DNA from: an uncultured Planctomycetota bacterium
Lineage (GTDB): Bacteria > Planctomycetota > Planctomycetia > Isosphaerales > Isosphaeraceae
Reading direction: 5' to 3'
Assembly (NCBI GenBank): GCA_963823665.1
Contig: CAWGMQ010000008.1
Location: 2,112,001 to 2,176,000 of the forward strand
DNA: 64,000 bases
This document shows positions 19,491 through 30,570 of the stretch, piece after piece. Every line of letters starts with the position of its first letter. Position 1 is the stretch's first letter. The translations under genes were made by a program, and so were the position numbers. Below the pieces are notes generated by a model. That model did not search any database and was not told the origin of the DNA. It saw only the letters and a list, made by a program, of their open reading frames with translations.

Positions 19491-22352
19491 ATGCTGATGC
19501 GAAGGCTCCTCGTGCTTGCGCTTGCGGCCGTTTCCGTGATCGGCTCAACTGCGCACGCCCAGACCAAGACCGCGCCGGACTACCGCGGCCAGATCGCCCC
19601 GATCTTCACCAAGTATTGCACGGGCTGTCATAACGACGATGATCGCGAAGGCAAGTTCTCGCTCGAATCCTTCCGCTCGCTTCAAAAAGGAACCGAGAAG
19701 GGCCCCGTGATCTTGCCGGGCGATCCCAAGAGCAGCTTGATGATCCGTGTGCTCACCGGCGCCGCCAAGCCGAGCATGCCGCCCAAGGGCGAGCCGCGAC
19801 CGGAAGCACGCGAGATCGCGATCATTGCCGCGTGGATCGAAGCCGGGCGCACGGACCTGCGGGCGAAGAGCCCGACCGATTAGCGTTGATCGTGCCCAAG
19901 ATTCCCTCGCACGCGAAAGTGCGCCCGATCGTCGCGCTCGACGCCTCGCGCGACGGCAAGTGGCTCGCGGTCGCCCGCGCTGCCGAGGTCGCACTTTACA
20001 AAATGCCGGTGCAGGGCAGGGGACTGCCCGAACGTCCCGAGCGATTGATCGGCAAGTTTCCCGGCAAAGTCACGGCGCTGCACTTCACAAGGGATGGGTC
20101 GAAACTGATCACCGCCTCCGGAGTCGCCGGCCTGGGCGGGGTCGCTGCAATCTGGAACGTCGCCGACGGTGCGCTCATCCGCGAGTTTCCCGGTCACCGC
20201 GACATCCTCTACGAAGCCGAGCTCTCGCCCGACGGAATGCGCCTGGCCACCTGCGGCTACGACAAGCAAATCGAGGTGTGGGATGCGACTTCCGGCAAGC
20301 TCCTCCGAACGCTCGAGGGCCACACCGGCGCGGTCTACGACATCGCCTTTAGCCCCGACGGCCGCACGCTGGTGAGCGCCAGCGCCGACGACACCTGCAA
20401 GGTGTGGCGAGTGGAGGATGGCCAGCGCCTGGACACGCTGCCCCAGCCGCTCAAAGCCGAATATGCGTGTGCGTTCAGCCCCGACGGCCAATCCATCGTC
20501 GCCGCCGGCGCCGACAACAACATCCGTGTCTGGCAGTTCGTCTCGCGCGACAAGCCGGAAATCAACCCGATGGTGATTGCCCGCTTTGCTCACGAAGGAC
20601 CGATCACCCGGCTGGCGTTCACGCCCGATGGCTCCAAGCTCGTCTCGCTGGCGGAAGACCGCACAGTCAAGGTGTGGCAAACCAAAGACTACAGCGAGCT
20701 GCAGCTCTGGGACAATCAGCCCGACGTGCCGGCGGCGCTCGCATTCGCAGGCGGCGGCACGATCTTGATCGGGCGCATGGACGGATCTCTCGCAAACTAC
20801 ACGATCCCCGCGGCGGCCCCAGTTGAGGCCGCTGCGGCCCTTGCAAAAACTCCGATCGTTAAAGTTGCCGAGCCTGAAAAGCTCGGCGAGCTTTCCGAAC
20901 ATGAGCCCAACAATTCACCCGCCCAGGCGCAGGTGCTGGCCCAGCTTCCCACTCAGATCAAGGGAACGATATCGGGCGCAGCGAATGGGCCAGTCGATGC
21001 CGATCTCTATCGATTTACCGCCAGGGCCGGCGAGCAGTGGGTGATCGAAGTGAACGCCGCGCGTTCTTCCTCGAAGCTCGATTCTTTCCTAGAGGTGCTG
21101 GACAGCAAGGGCAATCGCGTGCCGCGCGTGTTGTTGCAGGCCGTGCGCGATTCTTACTTCACGTTCCGGGGAAAGGACGACACCGAGTCTGGCGACTTCC
21201 GGGTGTTCAACTGGCAAGAGATGAAACTTGATGAATACCTTTATTCTAATGGCGAGGTTGTCAAGCTCTGGCTCTATCCCCGCGGCCCGGATTCCGGTTT
21301 TGGAGTCTATCCCGGCCAGGGAATGCGGTGGGGTTATCTCGACACGACTCCGCTCTCGCACGCCCTGGGAGAGCCCTGCTACATCGTCGAGCCTCATCCG
21401 CCCGGAACGAAGCTCGTTCCGAACGGGCTCCCGGTTTTCCTGATCAACAACGAAAACGATGACGACAGCCATCGCGAACTGGGCAAGGACTCGCGCCTGT
21501 TCTTCACGGCACCAGCCGACGGTCAGTATTTGATCAAGATCAAGGACGTGCGCGGGCTTCAAGGTCCCGAATTTCGGTACACTCTCACGGTCCGCCATCG
21601 GCACGAAGACTTCAAGGTCACGCTCCATGGAGCCGACCTCACGGTGGATGCCGGCAGCGCCAAGGAGTTCAAGCTGACCGCGCAGCGGCTCGACAATTTC
21701 CAGGGGCCGATTCGCGTCGACATCACCGGCCTGCCGTCCGGGATTCTCGGCGACCACCCCGGTGACGATCGAAGCCGGTCAAATAGAGGCCTTCGGCGTC
21801 ATCACCGCCGCCGAGAATGCCGAAAAACCAGCAGCGGATGCGGCCAAGCAGAGCAAAGTGACGGCATCGGCGTTGATTGCAGATCGCGACGTCACCCATC
21901 CGATCAACAACCTTGGAACCATCAAGCTCGGCGCGACGACTCCCAAACTTCGGGTGAAAATCACCGCCGCGAAAGGTGGCGCAGCCCCGCTGAACGCGTC
22001 ATCGAACGGCCCGCTCGAATTTGCCGTTGCGCCCGGCCAAACAATCATGCTCAAGGTGAAAGTCGAGCGCAACAGCTTGAAAGGCCCGATCTCTTTCGGC
22101 AATGAAGGATCCGGCCGGAATCTCCCCTTCGGCGTCATCGTGGACAACATCGGCCTGAACGGGCTCTTGCTGCTCGACAACCAGGACGAGCGCGAGATCT
22201 TCATCACATCCGACGGCAACACCCGCGAGCAAACGCGGCAGTTTCACCTCACCACCGGCGCCGGCGGCGGCCAGTCGAGCCACCCGGTGACGTTGTACGT
22301 GCGTAGGCCGGTCCTGCGCGCTGCCAGCGCGGCAAAACGAAGCGCAAACTGA
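19491..22352 (+). CDS. Planctomycete cytochrome c + WD40 repeat + PPC-like domain protein; frameshifts near 19848 and 21740
   Basis: Signal peptide, CTGCH heme motif (19617), MPPKG..WIEAG, WD40 repeats (GHTGAVYDIAFSPDG..SASADDTCKVW), EHEPNN..DADLYRF and DSRLFFTAPADG PPC-like motifs across three ORFs. Confidence 0.88.
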
Positions 22353-22448
22353 ATGACTGCTGGGCCCGATTGTACATTCACGGCGTCATCGAGCGGGACG
22401 TTCACGACGTCGGCGTGACTGGCCTGTCCAAGATGCTATAATCGAATT

Positions 22449-22718
22449 ATGATGCCCACAAACAATGCCCCCGTGCTCGACCGCCTCGTTACCCCGCTTG
22501 GTGAATGCTTGACCCCGGAATCCGCCAGGCGGGTGTTGGCGCTGCGAGCCGACGCTACCCTGCAGCCGCGGGTGGATGAACTCGCCGACAGGCACAACGA
22601 AGGGCTGTTGACTCCGGACGAGCTGGCCGAATACAGCACCTTCGTGAGCTTCGGCACCTTCGTTGGCATCCTCAAGTCCAAAGCTCGCCAGCTTCTCACA
22701 GCTCGCTCGGATGATTGA
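22449..22718 (+). CDS. Small conserved-looking protein, putative antitoxin partner of an HNH gene
   Basis: LTPESARRVLALRA..RVDELADRHNEGLLTPDELAEY..LKSKAR; overlaps the start of the HNH ORF. Confidence 0.7.
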   Translation: MMPTNNAPVLDRLVTPLGECLTPESARRVLALRADATLQPRVDELADRHNEGLLTPDELAEYSTFVSFGTFVGILKSKARQLLTARSDD

Positions 22719-22987
22719 TGGACGCTGCACTCCGAGCCCTCGTCCGTGAACGCGCATGCAGCCGCCGTGAATATTGCCAGCTTCACGAGGACGATGCGGC
22801 GTTTTTGTCGTTCCATATTGAGCACATCATTGCCAAACAACACGGCGGGATCGACGATCCCGAAATCCTTTGCCTCGCCTGCGCAGAGTGCAATCTGGCA
22901 AAGGGGCCTAATCTATCGGGGCTGCTCGGCGGCAAGCTCTACCCATTATTCAACCCGCGTAAGCGCCCACCCAAGGCCGCCTTGTGA
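22715..22987 (+). pseudogene. HNH endonuclease, apparently truncated/degenerate
   Basis: VRERA..EYC, FHIEHIIAKQHGG, LACAECN..KG.N, PLFNPR, then an early stop. The first CxxC reads REYC. Confidence 0.7.
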
Positions 22988-23087
22988 GAACTCGAACCTC
23001 CGGGCATGATGGAATTCAGCCGAGGCACCGCGGCTTGGACGACCGGAAACCCCTCGAAACCGATGGCCAGCGAACCCAGGAACAATC

Positions 23088-24026
23088 GTGTCGCACAACC
23101 ATTGCCACGAGGTGACGGCCAGCAACCCACGACTTGGACTCTCGATCGCCCTGACGCTCGCCTTCGTCCTCGGCGAGGCCGTCGTCGGCTACCTCTCGCA
23201 TAGCCTCGCCTTGATGTCCGACGCCGGCCACAACTTCAGTGACGCGCTCGCACTGGCGCTCTCCTGGTACGGATTCCAGGCCGCAAAGCAGCCGGCGTCC
23301 GCCAAGCGGACGTTCGGCTCGCATCGCGTGGGAATCCTCGCCGCGCTCGCCAACGCCCTGACCTTGGTCGCGATCGGGGCCATCATCATCTGGGAAGCCA
23401 TCGAGCGGTTTCGCAACCCGAAGCCCGTCCAGAGCGGCCCCATGATCTGGGTGGCACTCGTGGCCGTTGTCTTGAACGGCGTGATCAGCCTGTGGCTCCG
23501 TAGCGGTGCCAAGCGCGACCTGAACCTCCGAAGCGCCTATCTCCACATGCTCGGCGATGCCGTATCGGCGTTTGGAGTCGTTCTCGCGGGCATCATCGTT
23601 GCCTTCACCGGCAGCCCACTCGCCGACCCCGTGGTCTCGCTCCTGATCGGATTGGCGATTATCTGGAGCTCTTGGGGCATCATCACCGAATCCGTGGGGA
23701 TCCTGCTGGAAGCTGTACCCAAAGGCGTCGATATGGAGGCCCTCGAGCGGTCAATCAAGGGAGTTCACGGCGTTCTCGGTGTTCACGACTTGCACGTCTG
23801 GACCGTTGCCTCTGGAATCCACTCGGCAAGCTGTCACGTCCTCGTTTCGGAGCAAAGCATCCGGAGCGGCGAGCAGATTCTCAAGGCCGTGGCCGAGATG
23901 CTCACGCACGACTTCGCCATCGGCCATACCACCATTCAGGTTGAAGTGGAAGGGTGCGACGCCGATTCGCTTTATTGCACGATGACACCTCTCGGGGCTC
24001 ATCATCATCACCGTCACCAGCACTGA
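23088..24026 (+). CDS. czcD: Cation diffusion facilitator (Zn/Co/Cd efflux)
   Basis: SLALMSDAGHNFSD, NLRSAYLHMLGD, VHDLHVW, HTTIQVE, His-rich tail. Confidence 0.92.
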   Translation: MSHNHCHEVTASNPRLGLSIALTLAFVLGEAVVGYLSHSLALMSDAGHNFSDALALALSWYGFQAAKQPASAKRTFGSHRVGILAALANALTLVAIGAIIIWEAIERFRNPKPVQSGPMIWVALVAVVLNGVISLWLRSGAKRDLNLRSAYLHMLGDAVSAFGVVLAGIIVAFTGSPLADPVVSLLIGLAIIWSSWGIITESVGILLEAVPKGVDMEALERSIKGVHGVLGVHDLHVWTVASGIHSASCHVLVSEQSIRSGEQILKAVAEMLTHDFAIGHTTIQVEVEGCDADSLYCTMTPLGAHHHHRHQH

Positions 24027-24054
24027 CATTCCACGATCAAGTGCATCTCAGCGT

Positions 24055-24405
24055 CTACCACATCGGAACTAGCACGAACGCCTGACCGATCGCAAACAGC
24101 AACCACATCACGACTGCGGTCACTCCCAAAGATCGACCGGCGATTGCTAAACTACCACGCCCGCGCACGCTCAGCCGCAGCCCGCAAGCGGCTGCCCAGA
24201 ATACACAGGCGAGGATGATCGCCGTGCTGATGCCGTGCAGCCGGGCATCCGACCGGCTCATGATGGTGCGGCCCACCGAAGCAATCAAGACGTTGAATAC
24301 CATGCCAACGGTGGCGGTGAGCATCAAGAACCCGCCGATCAACGTGGAAGCCAGCCCGGATTCCCACCCTGGTTCGCGCTCCGGGCCAGATTGCAGATCT
24401 TTCAT
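24055..24405 (-). CDS. Small membrane protein (3 predicted TM)
   Basis: Three hydrophobic stretches in 116 aa; GGAGG upstream of ATG. Confidence 0.6.
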   Translation of the reverse strand: MKDLQSGPEREPGWESGLASTLIGGFLMLTATVGMVFNVLIASVGRTIMSRSDARLHGISTAIILACVFWAAACGLRLSVRGRGSLAIAGRSLGVTAVVMWLLFAIGQAFVLVPMW

Positions 24406-24438
24406 GGGCGCCTCCGCATTTCTCCACCCCCTGAACGC

Positions 24439-24921
24439 TCACGAACGGTTTCTGTCATCCCTTCCTTCCTTGCTAGGCGCGCTTTTTTGCGGAGAGTAGA
24501 TCGGAACACCATTGGCCCGGGCCGCTCTTTCAAGATCCTTGTCGAGAGTGGCCAATGGGACGCCGAGGCGCATGACCAACTCCAAATACGCGGCATCGTA
24601 TATTGTGAGCTTGTGCACACGCCCGAGGTCAAGAATTGGGTCGAAAGCCCGCGCGGACGCCTCAGTGTCGATGGCGATCGGCAATGCACAGAGAAATCGG
24701 AGCCACCTGGTGGCCTTTGCCTGTGTCGAGCGTTTGCGGCGCTCACCCATGAGCAACACGTTGGCGACTTCCAGCGGCCAGAGAGCCGGGACGGCGGCTC
24801 GTTCGGTGGCGAGGCTCGCCCGAACGGCGTTCGTGTAGGGTGTGGCTTCGTCCTTGAAGTACCAAGCCATCGTGATGGAGCAATCGATAACCAGAGTCTC
24901 GGTACCGTCGGTGATTCGCAT
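24439..24921 (-). CDS. vapC: VapC/PIN toxin
   Basis: VIDCS..AW..DE, VPALWPLEVANVL, LTIYDAAYLEL, PLATLD. Confidence 0.92.
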   Translation of the reverse strand: MRITDGTETLVIDCSITMAWYFKDEATPYTNAVRASLATERAAVPALWPLEVANVLLMGERRKRSTQAKATRWLRFLCALPIAIDTEASARAFDPILDLGRVHKLTIYDAAYLELVMRLGVPLATLDKDLERAARANGVPIYSPQKSAPSKEGRDDRNRS

Positions 24922-24928
24922 TAGGCAC

Positions 24929-25180
24929 CTAGCGACGACCTTGATTCATGAGGTCGCGGACCGAGAGCTCGCTACCAAGCGACGGACCTTCTTCCTCCTG
25001 AAAGCGGGCCATGGCTGCGATTGTCTCGGCGACGTTTGGACGTCCTGCTGTCGGTCCGGCGGGCACAAGGCGCGCGATGGGCTTGCCGTGGCGGGTGATT
25101 ATAAACGTTTCGCCGCCCTCAACGCGCTCGAGCAAATGCGGCAGATGTGTCTTGGCCTGGTACGATCCGACTGTTTCCAT
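24929..25180 (-). CDS. Phd/YefM family antitoxin
   Basis: VGSYQAKTHLPHLLERVEGGE..IITRHGKPIARLVP; AAGGAG upstream. Confidence 0.93.
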   Translation of the reverse strand: METVGSYQAKTHLPHLLERVEGGETFIITRHGKPIARLVPAGPTAGRPNVAETIAAMARFQEEEGPSLGSELSVRDLMNQGRR

Positions 25181-25195
25181 TGTGATCTCCTTCTT

Positions 25196-25217
25196 TAGAC
25201 CAGTCTAGGCTAGTCGA
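25196..25217. promoter_or_regulatory. Candidate antitoxin operator: palindrome TAGACCAGTCTA plus overlapping degenerate copy TAGGCTAGTCGA
   Basis: Inverted repeat TAGAC-CA-GTCTA 15 nt upstream of the antitoxin start codon. Confidence 0.55.
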
Positions 25218-25484
25218 AATAGCGTCGGAATGCAAGGCTTCCGTGATGTCCACCAATCCCATGATGGAACTCCCGTGTCGAGTGCAATCAGCATCGCTGG
25301 AGTCGATGGCGAGTGGAAACCGTATTCGCTTAAACTGTCGAACTGCTTTCGCGATCTGGCAATGCGCGCAGTTCGGTCAGACCAAAAGTCCAATCGATCC
25401 AAGCGTCGCTTTCAGTGCGAACGCCGTCTGGATTGATTTTCATCGGCGCGAGCGATGGAGTTTGCAACTCTTACGGTGTACCAA

Positions 25485-26033
25485 ATGAATGAAGTTACGC
25501 GGATCCTTCGAAAGATCGAAGAAGGCGAGGGCGTCGCTGCGGAGCAACTCTTGCCCCCGGTTTACAATGCATTGCGCCGGTTGGCGGCTCAGCAGCTCGC
25601 CGCGGAAAAGCCGGGGCAGACGCTGGACGCGACCGCTCTGGTGCACGAAGCGTACCTGAGGTTGCTGGGCGGACAGCAATTCGAGAATCGCCGCCACTTT
25701 TTCGCTGCTGCCGCTGAGGCCATGCGACGGATTCTCGTCGAGCGGGCACGGGCAAGGCGCAGCTTGAAGCGTGGCGCCGGGCACGCACGCGTTGATCTTG
25801 ATGGCGCGGCCGAATTCGCGCCCGAGCGGAGTGATGAATTGCTCGCGGTAGACGCGGCTCTCGGTCGACTGGCCGCCGTCGAACCTCAGGCTGCGGAACT
25901 CGTGCGACTGCGGTATTTTGCCGGCTGCACTATGAACGAGGCGTCGGAACTGCTGGGAATGTCTTTGCGAAGCGCCAACCGCCTTTGGGCTTATGCAAAA
26001 GCATGGCTGCTTCGGGAACTTCGGCCCGATTAG
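25485..26033 (+). CDS. ECF sigma factor, kinase-associated (TIGR02999-like)
   Basis: EVTRIL, LLP.VY..LRRLAAQ.LA.EKPGQTLDATALVHEAYLRL, HFFAAAAEAMRRILV, W.YAKAWL. Confidence 0.93.
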   Translation: MNEVTRILRKIEEGEGVAAEQLLPPVYNALRRLAAQQLAAEKPGQTLDATALVHEAYLRLLGGQQFENRRHFFAAAAEAMRRILVERARARRSLKRGAGHARVDLDGAAEFAPERSDELLAVDAALGRLAAVEPQAAELVRLRYFAGCTMNEASELLGMSLRSANRLWAYAKAWLLRELRPD

Positions 26034-26103
26034 CTTTCATTAGATTTTGGCACGTTTCGCGCGCCGATTTCGCATCTTGGGATGGGCAGGGAGAATTCGT
26101 GCT

Positions 26104-28545
26104 ATGACCGAACGCGAGTTGTTCGAGGTTGCGCTGGAAACCGCACCGGCGGAGCGCACGCGTTATCTAGACGGGGCTTGTGCGGGCGACGTCAGCTTGC
26201 GCTCTCGGGTCGAAGCACTGTTGGCCCGGCACGCCGAAGCGGAAAGCTTTCTGGAGAAACCGCCCATGTCCGTAGACCTCACCGGTGCTTACCAGCCGAT
26301 CACGGAAAGACCGGGTGGAATTATCGGTCCGTACAAGTTGCTCCAGCAGATCGGTGAGGGCGGGTTTGGGGTTGTTTACATGGCCGAGCAAGGGCGGCCG
26401 GTGCGCCGGATGGTCGCGCTGAAGATCATCAAGCCGGGCATGGATACCGCTCAGGTCATCGCCCGCTTCGAGTCCGAGCGCCAGGCTCTCGCCCTCATGG
26501 ACCACCCGAATATCGCTAAGGTCTTCGATGCCGGAGCGACAGAAAGCGGTCGGCCCTACTTTGTCATGGAATTGGTCAAGGGAGTACCCATCACTGAATT
26601 CTGCGACAAGAACCAAGCGGCGCCCGTGGCCCGGCTGAAGCTGTTCGTCGACGTATGCCACGCAATCCAGCACGCCCACCACAAAGGGGTAATCCACCGC
26701 GACATTAAGCCGTCGAACGTCATGGTCACACTGCACGATGGAGCGCCGGTGGTCAAAGTCATCGACTTCGGCGTGGCCAAGGCGACGGTGCAGAAGCTGA
26801 CTGAGCGGACGCTCTTCACCGTCTACGGGCATATGATTGGCACGCCGGCCTACATGAGCCCTGAGCAGGCCGAGATGAGCGGACTGGACATTGACACCCG
26901 CTCCGATATTTATTCGCTGGGAGTCCTGCTTTACGAACTCCTGACGGGAACAACGCCGCTCGAAAGCAAGCGATTGCGACAAGCCGGGTACGCCGAAATG
27001 CAGCGGCTGATCCGCGACGAGGAGGCACCGCGGCCGAGCACCCGGCTCTCGTCCCTGGGCAATTCAGCGACCGTGTTGGCCGGCAACCGCGGTCTGGAGC
27101 CGAAGAGGTTGGTCCAACTCTTGGCCGACGATTTGGACTGGCTCGTGATGAAGGCGCTGGAGAAAGACCGCAGCCGCCGTTACGGCACACCAGGGAGCTT
27201 TGCCGAAGACGTCGAGCGTTACTTGCGTCGTGAGGCAATCCTCGCGCGCCCGCCGTCAGCCTCTTACAAGCTCAAGAAATTCGCGCAGCGTAACCGTGCG
27301 GCGGTATTGACGGCGGCAATGATTTCATTGGCGTTGTTCGGTGGTGTCACCGGAACAACGATCGGATTGATACAGGCGAGGCGAGCAGAAGTAAATGTCC
27401 GCCGAGCCCTCGAACAAGTCACTGAAGAAAAAGCACTAGCTCAGGCAGCGATGACGGCAGAGCGTGCCACGAAGCAACGCGTGTTTAAGGCGCTGGACGA
27501 ACTATCTCAATCCGTGATCCTAAGAAATCTGTCCCAGATCACGGTGGCAGGTAGAGCGTCGTTCGCGGGAATGCCCGGACAAAAGAATTCTCTACCCGTC
27601 CACGAGCGCAAGCTACTCGACAAGCTTGTCGAATACTACGAGAATTTCTGCACACAACAACCGGGTACAGTCGACGATCCAAGACTTCGTGCCGAGAGCT
27701 ACATGAAGATCGGAGCAATGCGGAGGACGTTCGGCGATCACGCTTCGTCACTGGATGCCCACCAGCGTGCATTAGAAATCTGGGAGCGATTGACAACAGG
27801 GTCGTCGGGAGCGCCTGAAGATCGCGACCGGCTACAAACATCACATTTGTGCGTTGCTGAAGCGTTGACAGATTTGCGTCGCTACAACGAGGCGCTCGCT
27901 CATTGGCAGCAACTGGTCGACCTCTCTCGCCCCGATGAGAAAGGATCCAACCTATGGCTGCGGGCGTGTGGCATGGCTCGCGCGGGGAAGGTGGTCGAGG
28001 CGGTCGCCGAAGTCGATTCGCTCACTCGCGGGGTCAAGACCTCGCACGCCGATCTTTACAATGCGGCCTGCGTTCTCGCGCTCGCCGCTGGGGTGGCGAC
28101 GACCGATGAAGCCTTACGGAATTCCCTCGGAAACCGCGCCGTCGAGATGCTTCGACTCGCGCAACGTAGGGGCTTCTTCCGTAACGAGCCAAAGTTGACT
28201 CGTTTAGCGACGTTAAAGCTTGACCCCGACCTAAGCGCAATTCGCGGCCGCGCCGATTTCCGCCAATTCGTCGCCGAACAGGAATTAGAGGCATTGAGCG
28301 CGCCAAGGAGTGAAGCAGCCTGGGTATCCAGAGATCTAACCGCAATGGCGCAATGCGGGTTATCGAAGAGTGACACCGGCGGGCAGTCGCTTGGGTCCTC
28401 CGTGGTACTGCCGCCCTCTCGTAACAGTGCCCCACCCCGAAGGGCAGTTCCTGACGACAGCCGCACCATTGCCACAGCAGGTGCGCCAGAGGGTTCAGTC
28501 ATATTCTCGGCGCGGTCGCAGGACCCTACTTCCCATGCTTCTTAG
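26104..28545 (+). CDS. Hanks-type Ser/Thr protein kinase with TM helix and TPR-like C-terminus
   Basis: [76 protein letters not shown]-end motif. Confidence 0.95.
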   Translation: MTERELFEVALETAPAERTRYLDGACAGDVSLRSRVEALLARHAEAESFLEKPPMSVDLTGAYQPITERPGGIIGPYKLLQQIGEGGFGVVYMAEQGRPVRRMVALKIIKPGMDTAQVIARFESERQALALMDHPNIAKVFDAGATESGRPYFVMELVKGVPITEFCDKNQAAPVARLKLFVDVCHAIQHAHHKGVIHRDIKPSNVMVTLHDGAPVVKVIDFGVAKATVQKLTERTLFTVYGHMIGTPAYMSPEQAEMSGLDIDTRSDIYSLGVLLYELLTGTTPLESKRLRQAGYAEMQRLIRDEEAPRPSTRLSSLGNSATVLAGNRGLEPKRLVQLLADDLDWLVMKALEKDRSRRYGTPGSFAEDVERYLRREAILARPPSASYKLKKFAQRNRAAVLTAAMISLALFGGVTGTTIGLIQARRAEVNVRRALEQVTEEKALAQAAMTAERATKQRVFKALDELSQSVILRNLSQITVAGRASFAGMPGQKNSLPVHERKLLDKLVEYYENFCTQQPGTVDDPRLRAESYMKIGAMRRTFGDHASSLDAHQRALEIWERLTTGSSGAPEDRDRLQTSHLCVAEALTDLRRYNEALAHWQQLVDLSRPDEKGSNLWLRACGMARAGKVVEAVAEVDSLTRGVKTSHADLYNAACVLALAAGVATTDEALRNSLGNRAVEMLRLAQRRGFFRNEPKLTRLATLKLDPDLSAIRGRADFRQFVAEQELEALSAPRSEAAWVSRDLTAMAQCGLSKSDTGGQSLGSSVVLPPSRNSAPPRRAVPDDSRTIATAGAPEGSVIFSARSQDPTSHAS

Positions 28546-28744
28546 GCCAGATACGAACGCACCTAATCCGGATGGGCTGGTGGCTCCGCGAAAGGCTTCC
28601 GTCTGGGTAGGTGCCGCTACCGTCCTCGGCTGTGAGCGGACCGCACGTGCCCCTCCAAATCACGCTTTTCATCCAAATTCGGCGCCTTGTCGCGCGACCT
28701 CCTCTAGCGACCCTTGGTCATGCGACGCCGACGGTCACTGCGGC

Positions 28745-28963
28745 CTAGAGTTTTTGCTCTTCCGCCTGCGGCACGTCGACAACAACGAAGCGGTGGGACG
28801 GATAAAGGTAGTCTTCGCCGGAGTCGTCAATGATCCGCATCACGTTCTCGTCCGCCGCCGCAACGTCGGGCAGCACACGGTAGAGCATACCGACAGCCAG
28901 GTCATCGCACCCATCGTTCGCCACGCAGATGGCGAAGACTGGTCTGGTGTGTTGGGCTGCCAT
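28745..28963 (-). CDS. Small conserved hypothetical protein (DSGEDYLYP motif)
   Basis: FAICVANDG..YRVLPD..RIIDDSGEDYLYP..F, 72 aa. Confidence 0.7.
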   Translation of the reverse strand: MAAQHTRPVFAICVANDGCDDLAVGMLYRVLPDVAAADENVMRIIDDSGEDYLYPSHRFVVVDVPQAEEQKL

Positions 28964-29025
28964 GGATTCGGACCAATACCCGCCTGAGGAATCGTCAGGC
29001 TGATCGCCTGACCTACGCTGCGCGA

Positions 29026-30511
29026 TCAAGCAAGGATTTCTGTCGCCACGCGCCCGCTCACGTCGGTCAGCCGAAAATCGCGGCCGCTGTACCGATAGGT
29101 GAGCCGCTCGTGATCCAGCCCCATTAAATGCAGGATCGTGGCATGAAGGTCATGCACGTGCATCCGCCTATCGACCGCTTGCATCCCCAGCTCGTCCGTC
29201 GCGCCGTGGACGAAACCCCCTCTGACGCCGCCGCCGGCCAGCCACATCGAGAACCCCAGGCTGTGGTGATCGCGACCCTTTGCCCCTTCGGAATAAGGCG
29301 TCCGGCCGAATTCGCCGCCCCAGATAACCAGAGTATCTTCGAGCAGGCCCCGTGCTTTGAGGTCCTTGACGAGCGCGGCGATCGGGCGATCGCTCTTGCG
29401 AGCATGATCACGGTGTTTGTTGATGTCTTGATGGTCGTCCCACGGTTGGCCATCTCCGTAGTAGACCTGAACCACGCGCACTCCGCGCTCCACCAGACGG
29501 CGAGCAATCAGACAGGCGCTCGCAAACTCGCCGTCGCCGTATTCCTGGCGGGTGAATCTCGATTCGTTTGCCAGGTCGAAGGCTTCGCGCGCCTCGAACT
29601 GCATCCGAAACGCCATCTCCATCGACGCAATCCGGGCCTCGAGTGCGAGATCAGCAGTGCGCGCATGAAGGTGCTCGCGGTTCAGTTGTTGAACCAGGTC
29701 GAGCATGCCGCGCTGCTCGGTGCGGGACAGGTGGCGACTGGTAATGTCACGAATGATCCGGTCGGGGTCGATCGACTGGTTGCGGATATGCGTTCCCTGG
29801 TAGATACCCGGCAAGAAGCTGCTGCTCCACAATTGCGGGCCGACGACCGGCTTGCCGGGGCAGAGCACCACGAACCCCGGGAGGTTCTGGTTTTCGCTGC
29901 CCAGGCCGAATACCAGCCACGAGCCCAGACTGGGACGAATCGGCTGCATGTTGCCCGAGTTCATCATCAAGAGCGAGGGTTCATGGTTGGGGTTATCCGT
30001 GTACAGCGAGCGAAGAACGCAGATTTCGTCAATGCAGCCGGCTACATGCGGGAAGAGATTTGTGAGCGAGATTCCGCTCTGCCCGTGAGGCCGCGCGGGA
30101 AACGGCGAAGGCATGATCTTGCCGCGTTTTCGCCGCCCGGTCGCCACGGAGTGCGGGTGGGTCTTGCCCGGCATATCGCTCGAGCGCGGGCTTGGGATCG
30201 AAAGTGTCGACGTGCGATGGCCCGCCGTTCATGAACAAGAAGATGACGCGTTTGGCGCGAGCCGGAAAGTGTGACGCTTTGGGTGCCAGGGGATCGCGAG
30301 CAACCGTTTCCTCGTTGCCGCCCGTTGCTGCGGCCCAGGCTGATTCGCCCCTGACCGGGATACCGGCGCAAGAAAGCACCTGCGCCAACCCCAGCGCACC
30401 GAAGCCTCCACCGATCCTCGAAAAAATCGCACGGCGAGAGAAGAGGCGGAGCGAAGCAATAGACTCGTCGTTCGAAGCCGGTCTGCGTGCAAGATCATCA
30501 CTCGTCTGCAT
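29026..30511 (-). CDS. DUF1501 domain protein with Tat-like signal; frameshift near 30150
   Basis: SRRAIF, AKRVIFLFMNGGPSHVDTFDPKP, ARRLVERGVRVVQVY, WDDH, EFGRTP..GRDHH, RDFRLTDVSG. Confidence 0.92.
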
Positions 30512-30570
30512 CGCCGGATCACTCCGCGTGAGTCAGGCGCCGAGGCGCCACAATCCTCGTGATATCCAGT

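Noticed and set aside
17590..21760. Programmed ribosomal frameshifting in the PSD1/WD40 genes
   Set aside because: No slippery heptamers; single-base homopolymer corrections restore the frames.
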